In this document: one piece after another, positions 30,401-39,067 of the stretch
Layout of the letters: each line of letters opens with the position of its first letter
Position numbering within the stretch: the stretch's first letter is position 1
Assembly: GCA_002724675.1 (NCBI GenBank)
Contig: PBPL01000023.1
Span: 1,570 to 65,569, forward strand
From: Deltaproteobacteria bacterium
GTDB lineage: Bacteria > Myxococcota_A > UBA796 > UBA9615
DNA length: 64,000 bases
Reading direction: 5' to 3'
The notes under the pieces: generated by a model
Database searches by the model: none
Told to the model about the DNA's origin: nothing
What the model saw: the letters and a program-made list of their open reading frames with translations, nothing else
Program-made: the position numbers and the translations under genes

Positions 30401-31210
30401 ATGAGCCTTGTCGGTCAATCGCAACGTGACATCACTCGCCTGGCAGCGGACGGCAGCCGCAACGAATTGGCCGACCAGCTCGTCATGGAAGAACCACTTG
30501 AGATCCGCTTGAACGAGTCTCCGATCGCGGTGGTCATGAGAACGCCCGGAGACGACATCGCACTCTCGTTGGGCTTTCTCTTCTCGGAAGGGATCCTGAA
30601 CGACCCGGATCAGGTGCTCAGCGTTCAGCACTGCCAGGAGGTCACCGATGACGCCCGGGGCAACGTCGTCCAGGTCCGCGCCGCCGGTGCGGATCACGAA
30701 GCGGCCGACAAGGCCCGTCGACAGGTCTACGCCTCATCGTCGTGTGGGCTCTGCGGCAAGACCACACTCGATTCAGTTCGGCTACTTGCTCCGCCCATGG
30801 AAGCCCCTCCTCCCATCAGGGCATCCACGCTGGCGGCCCTGCCTGAGCTCCTGCGGGCCAATCAAGCCCTGTTCGACAGCACAGGCGGTCTGCATGCAGC
30901 GGGCTTGTTCACCTACGACGGTGATGTGCGACTAGTTCGCGAGGACATTGGGCGTCACAACGCCTGCGACAAAGTCATCGGCACCTACGTGATGCGGGAG
31001 CAGTGGCCGCTGACCGGACACATCTTGTCGCTCTCTGGTCGTGCTTCTTTCGAGATGATTCAAAAGGCAGCCATGGCCGGCATCGGTGTCGTTGCGGCAG
31101 TGTCTGCCCCATCCACCCTGGCGGTCGACCTAGCCAAAGAATCCCAAATGACCCTCGTCGGCTTCGTTCGCGATGGATCCATGAACGTCTACAGCGGACG
31201 CGTTTCTTGA
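30401..31210 (+). CDS. fdhD: Formate dehydrogenase accessory sulfurtransferase FdhD
   Basis: SSCGLCGKTTLDSV, GGLHAAGLF, GRHNACDKVIG. Confidence 0.85.
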   Translation: MSLVGQSQRDITRLAADGSRNELADQLVMEEPLEIRLNESPIAVVMRTPGDDIALSLGFLFSEGILNDPDQVLSVQHCQEVTDDARGNVVQVRAAGADHEAADKARRQVYASSSCGLCGKTTLDSVRLLAPPMEAPPPIRASTLAALPELLRANQALFDSTGGLHAAGLFTYDGDVRLVREDIGRHNACDKVIGTYVMREQWPLTGHILSLSGRASFEMIQKAAMAGIGVVAAVSAPSTLAVDLAKESQMTLVGFVRDGSMNVYSGRVS

Positions 31211-32316
31211 TGGGCTAGGGACTCCGCCCGGAGCAAGTCCTCCTCGCTATTGGCGTTGACGAAGGAATGCCCCCCAGGGTGGACCGTCGACCAGAGCGCT
31301 TCATCAATACGGGCCACGCGGACGGAGCCCAGCCAACCATCCATGCGGAACTCACCAGACAAGAGCGCCTGCTTGATCGCCCCGAGACAGCGATGGCCGT
31401 ACACCGCGTGTGTTGGCTCGAGATAGCCATCCCGAACTGGGATCACAGCATCACTCGACCGCGACCCTTGACTCAGCAACCAACGCACAAAGTCGGGATC
31501 CAGGAGAGGCATGTCGCAAGCGGCCACAAAGACAAAGGGTGTCCTCGCCAGAGCCAGGCCCGAATAGAGCCCTCCCAGAGCCGCGTGTTCTGGGAGAAGG
31601 TCGTCCATAATCTGAGCCTCACTGGGGAGCTGCGGAAGCTCTTGTCCAGGCCTACGAACGACGAGGACTCGACCACTAAAGACTGGCGAGAGGCGCTCCA
31701 CCAAGTTGCTCAGCAGAGGTTGGCCCTGGAACTCTAGGAAGGCCTTGTCCCGACCCATGCGAACCGAGTGGCCTCCAGCCAACAGAACGAGGCTTGTCTC
31801 CCTCAAGGCCGCCGTGGCACCAACATAGTGCTCCAGCAGAAACTCGGCGCAGGGCTCCGGCTCGTTCAATGGAAAGTGGGGGAGGGCCACATCCAGCCGT
31901 CGGTCCGAGACCACCGCAACCAATTGCTCCACGTCTTCGGGCGGAAGGTGTGAAGGGGCCCCCTCTCGATCCACGAGGATCTTCGGCATCCCGGATCTTC
32001 GATAACCCTCGGAGAGTACGAGGTCTGTCTCGGCTCCGTAGCGCTCGACCAAGTCGAGCAAGGGGGCATCACCATCACAGTCTGCGATCAGGGCCAGACT
32101 CTGAGCGTTGGCGAGGAGCACACGATTCGCACCCGCTTGCTTCAAGCGGTACGAGTCCTTGCCTGGTTGGTCCATCTGGAAACCGTGGACATCGTGCTTC
32201 ACGAGAAGGAGGCGCAAGCCCCTAGCCGAGAGCACACGAACCAGACCCTCCAGAAAGGTCGTCTTGCCCGTACCTGATCGACCAACGAACGAGACCACTC
32301 GGGGCAAGTCAGCCAT
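31189..32316 (-). CDS. mobA: Fused MobB (GTP-binding) / MobA (molybdenum cofactor guanylyltransferase)
   Basis: N-terminal VVSFVGRSGTGKTTFLEGLV...LLVKHDVHGF (MobB). C-terminal LVLLAGGHSVRMGRDKAFL (MobA). Its ATG overlaps the moeA stop (TGATG). The longer ORF to 32427 is an upstream extension. Confidence 0.8.
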   Translation of the reverse strand: MADLPRVVSFVGRSGTGKTTFLEGLVRVLSARGLRLLLVKHDVHGFQMDQPGKDSYRLKQAGANRVLLANAQSLALIADCDGDAPLLDLVERYGAETDLVLSEGYRRSGMPKILVDREGAPSHLPPEDVEQLVAVVSDRRLDVALPHFPLNEPEPCAEFLLEHYVGATAALRETSLVLLAGGHSVRMGRDKAFLEFQGQPLLSNLVERLSPVFSGRVLVVRRPGQELPQLPSEAQIMDDLLPEHAALGGLYSGLALARTPFVFVAACDMPLLDPDFVRWLLSQGSRSSDAVIPVRDGYLEPTHAVYGHRCLGAIKQALLSGEFRMDGWLGSVRVARIDEALWSTVHPGGHSFVNANSEEDLLRAESLAHQETRPL

Positions 32317-33572
32317 CAGCGCAGCCCAGAAGCTACTTGCGCGGGCCGAGGCCCTGGCAACAACTGAACGCGCACACGCTGACCGGCATCCAGATGTGAG
32401 ACCTCTTCCGGCACCACGATCAAGCAATTGGCCTGCGCCATCGAACGCAGGATGCCCGAACCCTGCGGACCCGTCGTTCGAACTCGATAGCCTCCGCTAG
32501 TCCAATCGGGCTCGACGATGCCTCGAAGCAGGAATAGGAACCCTTCACGGCTGCCCACGGCTTCCTCCAACACCGCATCCACAGTGGTCAAGAACAAGGA
32601 ACTCGCCCCCTGCATGGCGAGCAGCGCAGGGCGAACGTACTGGAGGAACGACACCATGCACGAGACCGGGTTGCCTGGCAGCCCAAACCAAGGGCTGCCG
32701 AACAAGCTTCCAAACGCATTGGGTTTTCCAGGCCGCATAGCGACCTTCCAGAATTCCAGCTCGGCCCCCAGGCCCGCGACCACATCCTTCACGTGATCGA
32801 AATCACCCACCGAGACGCCCCCCACAGTGACGAGCGCATCAGCGCCTCGACTTCGCTCCAAAGCTTCCCGTAACGAATCGGGATCGTCGCGGGCTATTCC
32901 GAGCGGTCGTGGGACACCTCCTGCTTCCTCCACAAGGCCAGCAAGTGCCACCGAGTTGCCGGAGTAGATGTGTCCTTCTGGCAATGGTTCGCCAGGCTCG
33001 TGCACTTCGTCACCCGTAGCAAGAATCGCCACCTCAGGGCGCCGACCACACCGCAGCGAGCTACAGCCCTGCGCCGCAGCCAGCCCCACATCAGCAGCCG
33101 TCAGGACCGCGCCCTGCTCCACAAGGACCTCGCCCTGACGAACGTCTTCACCGGCCCGCCGGATGTTGTCTCCATCAGGACCGGACCGCTCGATCGTCAC
33201 CTGAGACTTATCGGACGACCACGAGGCCCACTCCTGCATCACCACCAGGTCCGCGCCCTCTGGAATGGGGGCTCCAGTCATGATCCGCGCCGCCTCACCG
33301 GCGACAAGAGCCTTGGCTGGCCGGCCCCCAGCCCCAATGATGTCGACGACAGACACCGTCACAGCAGAGCCGCCGTGGTGTACAGCCTGCACATCTGGCC
33401 AGACGACTGCGAACCCATCCATGGCCGAGTTGTCCTCGGGCGGCTGGCTCAAGGTCGCGCGGAGCTCCTCCGCGAGGACTCGAGCCCGCGCCTCCCCAAT
33501 GGGCACAAGCTCATCGTCCAGGACATCGACACCGCCCAAGATCCGCTGCTGGGCCTCTTCGATACTCAGCAT
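32316..33572 (-). CDS. moeA: Molybdopterin molybdotransferase MoeA
   Basis: MLSIEEAQQRIL...LAEELRATLSQPPEDNSAMDGFAV...GDFD. Confidence 0.85.
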   Translation of the reverse strand: MLSIEEAQQRILGGVDVLDDELVPIGEARARVLAEELRATLSQPPEDNSAMDGFAVVWPDVQAVHHGGSAVTVSVVDIIGAGGRPAKALVAGEAARIMTGAPIPEGADLVVMQEWASWSSDKSQVTIERSGPDGDNIRRAGEDVRQGEVLVEQGAVLTAADVGLAAAQGCSSLRCGRRPEVAILATGDEVHEPGEPLPEGHIYSGNSVALAGLVEEAGGVPRPLGIARDDPDSLREALERSRGADALVTVGGVSVGDFDHVKDVVAGLGAELEFWKVAMRPGKPNAFGSLFGSPWFGLPGNPVSCMVSFLQYVRPALLAMQGASSLFLTTVDAVLEEAVGSREGFLFLLRGIVEPDWTSGGYRVRTTGPQGSGILRSMAQANCLIVVPEEVSHLDAGQRVRVQLLPGPRPAQVASGLR

Positions 33573-33743
33573 CTACCCATCTCCCAAACGCACCGAGCTT
33601 AACAGCACCACCACCCTGGGCCTTTGCACACAACAGCGCCCCCAATTGCTCCGACCTGCGGCCCCTGCGACAATAAGGTCCTGTCGCCCCTGCTTGCCAG
33701 ACTCAAGCTCCGCTCGTTGCCGGTCGTGCCCGCGCGCTGGTCG

Positions 33744-34589
33744 ATGGTGTGCGCTACCTGGGCCGTGTTCCTGCTGGCCAGCCCGCCAAGCCTAGCTAAC
33801 GATATTGACCTGAATCGACTGGAGAGCATCGATCCCCATCTCCGCCAGGCCCGGTTGGACTCAGTCATCAAGGACCAGGCCATGGCCCTATCGGGGCCCC
33901 CCTCTTTTCCCGTGGGCAGCTTGGGACTGTACGAATTCGAGATCTCGGTCACGAATCGCATGAGCTTCCTGCACACGCTCCCTGAGGGTGACGACGCGAC
34001 CTCCGCATGGGACGACGTCAACCCAACAGGAGTCGCCAACAACATCCTCTGGATGCCCGGTCTTCAGTTCCGTAAAGGTCTTCCGTTCTCGTTTGAGGTC
34101 GGTGGAGACATCGCCTGGATCGGCATCTCGAAACAGTTCGAAGTGGGGGGCTACGGTCGCGTCGTCTTCCTGGATGGCTGGAAGAAGATCCCAGATGTAG
34201 CACTTCAGCTGGGATACACAGGATATGTGGGCAACGAACAACTGGACATGGGCGTGTTCGAGCTGGACCTGTCGGTCGGCTACACCGTACACATCCCCAG
34301 CGTGGGCGGTCGAGCTACGACCTTCTTCTCACCATTCGTGGGCTATTCCTACTTGATGGCCCATGCGCGACCGACCTCGGTTCAGGTCGAAGCAATCAGT
34401 CCCGTGTCCGCCTGGACGGCTGAGGCCGAATCGGGTGTGGATCCCCGCCTCTACCGATTCCACCGCGGCTTTCTGGGGGTCGAGATCCGAGTAAACCAAC
34501 TCGGGTTCCGGATCAGCGCCGACACGACGCTCGCCAGGAAGGCTCCCATGCTGCTTGCCATCGACCTGTCCCTTGGCGTGCGGTTCTGA
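33744..34589 (+). CDS. Putative outer-membrane beta-barrel protein
   Basis: Signal peptide MVCATWAVFLLASPPSLA. Alternating-hydrophobic strands. C-terminal ...LSLGVRF ending in Phe. The longer ORF from 33624 is an extension. Confidence 0.45.
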   Translation: MVCATWAVFLLASPPSLANDIDLNRLESIDPHLRQARLDSVIKDQAMALSGPPSFPVGSLGLYEFEISVTNRMSFLHTLPEGDDATSAWDDVNPTGVANNILWMPGLQFRKGLPFSFEVGGDIAWIGISKQFEVGGYGRVVFLDGWKKIPDVALQLGYTGYVGNEQLDMGVFELDLSVGYTVHIPSVGGRATTFFSPFVGYSYLMAHARPTSVQVEAISPVSAWTAEAESGVDPRLYRFHRGFLGVEIRVNQLGFRISADTTLARKAPMLLAIDLSLGVRF

Positions 34590-34621
34590 GCAGCCTCGGC
34601 CGGCGGCGAACAGTATCGAGG

Positions 34622-35482
34622 TCAGCTGTTCTCTTGCTCCAACTCAGCCACAATCTCGAGAGCCAGGCCTGGTTGGTCGGTGATGATGCCGGAGACGCCA
34701 GCCAACACCATCTCCCGAATCCGCTCGGCCGTGTTTACTGTCCATGTGTTGATGGCCAGCCCACGAAGATGGGCCCGCTTCACGTACTGAGCGTCCACCA
34801 GGGTCTCGCGAGGATGGAGCGCGTAAGGAGACACAAGTGGCGCTGTCCACGGACTCCTCGTAAAGAGGTTTCGCAAAGCGGTCCCCCCAGCTCCCGGATA
34901 AATGAGAGCTAGAGGGGCATGGCAGAGTCCCCGCACACGGCGCAGGGAGCCCACGTTGAACGAGGAGACAATGGTCTTCGAGTACAAGCCCATCGAGTGG
35001 ATCAGCCGCCCCACACCGAGGGCTGTGCCATCTCCACGGAGCGACTCCTCTTTCACCTCGACGTTGAAGCACAGGTCGTCACGCAGAGACTCGAACACTT
35101 CCAGCAGCGTGGGCACCCGACAGGCGGAGAGCGCCGGGTCAAAGTGGGAGCCCACATCCATAGACTGCAGCTCGGAGAGAGAGAGTTCTCGGACAGTCAC
35201 ATCCACACCGGCCACCCGACCGAGCGTCTCGTCGTGAATCACCACCAGCTCACCTGTGGCACAAGTGCGCACGTCCAACTCCACGAAGGGAACGCCAAGC
35301 TCCACAGCGTTACGAAAGGCGACCATTGTATTTTCGGGAGCGAGGGCAGCACCTCCGCGATGGGCGTGGACCTTCACCCGCGCAGAACGGGGGGCTTGTC
35401 GCCCTCGATGACCTCGGGTGCGCTTGGCCGTTCTTTGCGCGGCCGAGTCCTTAGGGGAAGAAGAGACACTCACGCGACTCAC
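34622..35482 (-). CDS. glpQ: Glycerophosphodiester phosphodiesterase (GDPD family)
   Basis: VHAHRGG...ENTMVAFRNAVELGVPFVELDVRTCATGELVVIHDETL. Confidence 0.8.
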   Translation of the reverse strand: MSRVSVSSSPKDSAAQRTAKRTRGHRGRQAPRSARVKVHAHRGGAALAPENTMVAFRNAVELGVPFVELDVRTCATGELVVIHDETLGRVAGVDVTVRELSLSELQSMDVGSHFDPALSACRVPTLLEVFESLRDDLCFNVEVKEESLRGDGTALGVGRLIHSMGLYSKTIVSSFNVGSLRRVRGLCHAPLALIYPGAGGTALRNLFTRSPWTAPLVSPYALHPRETLVDAQYVKRAHLRGLAINTWTVNTAERIREMVLAGVSGIITDQPGLALEIVAELEQENS

Positions 35483-35536
35483 CCTAACAGGCCGCTGAGA
35501 GCCGAGCGGAACAGGCTCTGGGGCCCTCGCGGGCTC

Positions 35537-38248
35537 TTGGCCTCTCTTGTAGTCCTTAGCCTGAGCCTAGTCCCTTGTGTGGCCCACGGAGCGACCTCAC
35601 CGAAGCCATCAGCAGAGTCCATGACCATTGATGCTCTCGTAGACCCCATCGGCCAAACGATTCAAGGGAGCTTCTCACTGCTGCTGGAGAGCCAGTCCGA
35701 GCAAGACCTCGGCGAGATCCTCATGTTCGTCTACCCCGAACTCTACGGTGCCGAGCCCGAGCTGTCGGACATCCTGGCGGAGCGAGTGCACCCCCGTGGC
35801 TCCGAGAGAGCAAGCCAGCGCATCGACTCCCTGAAGGTCCGCGTGCAGGGACAGAGTTCTGTGTCTGCGGACGGGGAGTTCGTGTGGATCGGAGGGGTCC
35901 CCCTGCTACGGATCGTGAATGTGGGCCCACTCCCCACGGGAACGACTGTGGAGCTCTCCGCTTCATTCGAGACCCACGTGCCCGAACGGTACGGACCATT
36001 TGGCCGTGTCGGAGATGTCCTGACAATCAACGGAGGGCTGGCTCCGCTACCCGTCCAGCGAGATCCCCAGGGGAACTGGCTGATCGACGCCCCACCAGCA
36101 CCCCTGCGCCGTTCTGTCCATCTGGAGATCCCGGAAGACTGGAGCGGGTCTATTGGAAATCAACTGATTGAACCGCGCCAACAGCTCGGCTCTGACAAAC
36201 AGGCCCGAGTTGTCCACCATCAGGCCGTGGGGAGCTGGACGTCACTCTCGCTCCGCAAGAACTTCCGGTACCAGGTACTCGATGAGGTCACAGGGGCCTC
36301 AGTGACCTTTGTGGGCAAGCCACTGCGGAAGCTACAGCGCGCTTGGATCGCCCGTTCGGTGAACGCGACACGCGAGGTACTCGAGTCGCTGGGGGGCGAG
36401 CCCAGGGGGACTCTGCTCCTGGTCGAAGCGCCACTTCGACGTCACCTCGTGGAACGAGGTGACGGTGTCCTCTTCGTCTCCGACCGCTACCTAGAGGCAT
36501 CTCCACTGCTCTGGCGGTACTTCGACGTGCACTTGGCACAAGCCATGCTGGCTGATGGCGTCGAACATGTGCGCGCCCAGATTGAAGAACCTCGCTTCCT
36601 TCCCCTGGTCGTGCATGGGATCGGATGGTCGCTTGTGCCCGACTACATGCGAGTGCGATGGCGCAATCACATGAACCTGCGAAGGCTGCTCGAGGGATTC
36701 TCCTTTCTCCCCTACATCGACAACCTCCTGGAAACACCAGTCTTTCCGTTCGCCGATCAAATCTACGACAACCCTTACGTCGCCGACCCCCTCCGCGCTG
36801 ACATCCGACGCTTCAATAGACCGCTTCGATCGGGACGTCTTCTGTTCCTGCGCCTCGAAGACGAAGTGGGCGAGGCCAGCCTTCGAGCCGCGGTACGCGA
36901 TGCACTGGACCCCCAAAGCCCTCCCTTTCCTACGAGCCTCGAGCAACGAACCGGGCGGCATCTGTTGCCGGTCTTCGAGCACTGGCTGAGGACACCACCT
37001 CGAGTGGACTACAGCCTCGACCCCGTCGAACGAAGCCGAGACTCCGATGGCAACCACCGCACGCGCGTTCGTGTCCGGCGGACCACCGACAGCCTAGGCC
37101 CAGTCCGTCCGGTGGAGGTCCGGCTGTCCGCCGCGCACAGACCCCGCAAGCGCAACATCAAGTTGTTCTGGTCCGAAGATCACAAAGAAGCTCAGTGGGA
37201 GATCGTCACACCCTGGCGGGTCGCACGCATCGAGATAGACCCCCGAGGACGGATGCTAGAGCTCGATCGGGAGGGCTTCTCTCTCAAGCAAAACAACCGA
37301 CGACCTCGCCCTTTGCGAGTCACGGGCAATGTCTACATCCTGTCGATCAATCCCACCTCTGGGACGGTCGAGGCCTGGGCTGCCCTCGACCTACGACCCC
37401 GCCACGATCACCGTCACCGGGTGGCATCCATCCTCTACACAAACCAGCAAGTCATGGTCGGCGGCACGCTCAGCTACACCCACTCCTTCGGTCCGCCTCG
37501 CGTCGGTCCACATCGCCGAAAACGGATCGTAGTGGACTACACAATCGAACGACTCAGCCCACTCTTCCGACCAACGAGTGCTCCACTCCTGACCGAAGCA
37601 CAGCTGTCTCTCATTTATGACAACCGCTCCTGGAGCTTCAACCCGACGCGAGGTTCCAGGCTTCGGGCCAGCTTGTTCATGGGGGCGGACTTCGGAAACC
37701 CCGACTCGGACCGGGCGCCAGGAGAGTCCACCTTTGTGGGCCTGGATCTGGAGGCCAGTCACCTCATACCTCTCCACCCCTGGCACGTCCTTGGCCTGCG
37801 GGGGAAGCTCGGGCTGGTGACCGGCAATGTGGTTCACCGCCAGTTCACACTGGGAGGCAACAACGACCTCCGTGGCATCGCAGAGAACTATCTGGTCGGA
37901 CCCTTTCGGACCATGGCAACAGTGGAGTGGCGGCACCACTTCTTCCGAGGTGCCGATATCCCCTTTGGCCTTGGTCGATTCAGAGCGCTTCAAGGGGCCG
38001 TGTTCCTTGAAGGCGGGCTCGTCAGTAACCCCGCCTTGGGCCCGCCAGACCCTCGCACGGCACGCTTCAGCATCGGGTATGGGCTACGCCTCTTCGGCGA
38101 CTGGCTGGGCGTCCTCCCCGCCATGGGAGGCATCGAGATCGCCTGGTCCCCAGGGGCTCCTCCCGGCCGGCTCCCCACCTTCAGCCCTTCCGACTCCTGG
38201 CCGGAGGTGCCTTTTCAGATCTACCTAGTCATCACTCAGAGCTTCTGA
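35537..38248 (+). CDS. Large secreted protein with a C-terminal Omp85 (BamA/TamA-like) beta-barrel and an unrecognised ~550-aa N-terminal region; start uncertain
   Basis: Signal-like LWGPRGLLASLVVLSLSLVPCVAHG. C-terminal ...LRGKLGLVTGNVVHRQFTLGGNNDLRGIAEN...GYGLRLFGDW...ITQSF is barrel-like. Start candidates are TTG 35537, CTG 35495, or ATG 35408 (which overlaps glpQ). The listed ORF start at 34919 is antisense to glpQ. Confidence 0.45.
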   Translation: MASLVVLSLSLVPCVAHGATSPKPSAESMTIDALVDPIGQTIQGSFSLLLESQSEQDLGEILMFVYPELYGAEPELSDILAERVHPRGSERASQRIDSLKVRVQGQSSVSADGEFVWIGGVPLLRIVNVGPLPTGTTVELSASFETHVPERYGPFGRVGDVLTINGGLAPLPVQRDPQGNWLIDAPPAPLRRSVHLEIPEDWSGSIGNQLIEPRQQLGSDKQARVVHHQAVGSWTSLSLRKNFRYQVLDEVTGASVTFVGKPLRKLQRAWIARSVNATREVLESLGGEPRGTLLLVEAPLRRHLVERGDGVLFVSDRYLEASPLLWRYFDVHLAQAMLADGVEHVRAQIEEPRFLPLVVHGIGWSLVPDYMRVRWRNHMNLRRLLEGFSFLPYIDNLLETPVFPFADQIYDNPYVADPLRADIRRFNRPLRSGRLLFLRLEDEVGEASLRAAVRDALDPQSPPFPTSLEQRTGRHLLPVFEHWLRTPPRVDYSLDPVERSRDSDGNHRTRVRVRRTTDSLGPVRPVEVRLSAAHRPRKRNIKLFWSEDHKEAQWEIVTPWRVARIEIDPRGRMLELDREGFSLKQNNRRPRPLRVTGNVYILSINPTSGTVEAWAALDLRPRHDHRHRVASILYTNQQVMVGGTLSYTHSFGPPRVGPHRRKRIVVDYTIERLSPLFRPTSAPLLTEAQLSLIYDNRSWSFNPTRGSRLRASLFMGADFGNPDSDRAPGESTFVGLDLEASHLIPLHPWHVLGLRGKLGLVTGNVVHRQFTLGGNNDLRGIAENYLVGPFRTMATVEWRHHFFRGADIPFGLGRFRALQGAVFLEGGLVSNPALGPPDPRTARFSIGYGLRLFGDWLGVLPAMGGIEIAWSPGAPPGRLPTFSPSDSWPEVPFQIYLVITQSF

Positions 38249-38253
38249 TCCCC

Positions 38254-38910
38254 GTGGCAGGGTGTGCAACAATCCGCAAGAGAATGCGTTCAACCTCGTT
38301 GCGACGATGGGCCCTCCTGCTCGCACTGGTCATCCTGGCTCCCCAGGTGACTGGTTGCGCCACCAGCCAAGCACGACGGAAACATAGAGCCCAATTGCAG
38401 TCTGTCCTCGACCAGGGATTGATGTTGCTGGGACAGTCAAGAGTGCGTGTTGGCAAGACTCCATTCCGCAGCGACTGCTCTGGGTTTGTCGCGGCCTGCT
38501 ACTCCCGGGCACAGATCGACCTGATCGACCCGATGGCTGGCAGTGGGTCCGCTACGGCCACAATGTTCCGCACACTGAAAAAACGACAACTGCCGGTGCG
38601 GCGAAAGAGGGCACAGCCGGGAGACCTAGCTTTCTTTCACAACACCCATGATCGCAACGGCAATGGTCTACGCGATGACCGGTTCACCCATGTAGCGCTC
38701 GTAGAGAAAGTCGAGAGGGACGGCACCGTGCACTTCATGCACTTCGCCGGCGGGACCGTGAAGCGTGGGGTGCTCAACGTCAAGAATCGCAAGCAGCATC
38801 TAGACCCCTACTCGGGGAAAACTTGGAACTCGCACCTCCGCCAGGGCCGCGGACGCACTCTGGCAGGTCAGCTGCTCTTTCGTTTCGGGCAGCCGCTGCC
38901 CCCACCGTGA
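38254..38910 (+). CDS. NlpC/P60-family lipoprotein peptidase
   Basis: Lipobox VTGCAT. Catalytic Cys in RSDCSGFVAACY, His in FTHVALVEKV. Six-nt gap after the upstream gene. Confidence 0.6.
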   Translation: MAGCATIRKRMRSTSLRRWALLLALVILAPQVTGCATSQARRKHRAQLQSVLDQGLMLLGQSRVRVGKTPFRSDCSGFVAACYSRAQIDLIDPMAGSGSATATMFRTLKKRQLPVRRKRAQPGDLAFFHNTHDRNGNGLRDDRFTHVALVEKVERDGTVHFMHFAGGTVKRGVLNVKNRKQHLDPYSGKTWNSHLRQGRGRTLAGQLLFRFGQPLPPP

Positions 38911-39067
38911 TCGCCAGAGAGTCGCTTTCGCCCCACGGGTAGGCCTTTCATCTTAAGCTGACACTGGCAACGCCCTGAATCACCGCCTCTTCCCACAAGG
39001 TCAACTCATGTTCGCGACCCCACCCACTCTCCAATGCCATAGGTCCGGCCTGCGAGCCTTGCGTTGG

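Noticed and set aside
34919-35482. 5' extension of the 1109-aa plus-strand ORF
   Set aside because: It is antisense to the well-supported GDPD phosphodiesterase gene. The secreted Omp85-like protein most likely starts near the signal-peptide-like segment at ~35500-35540.
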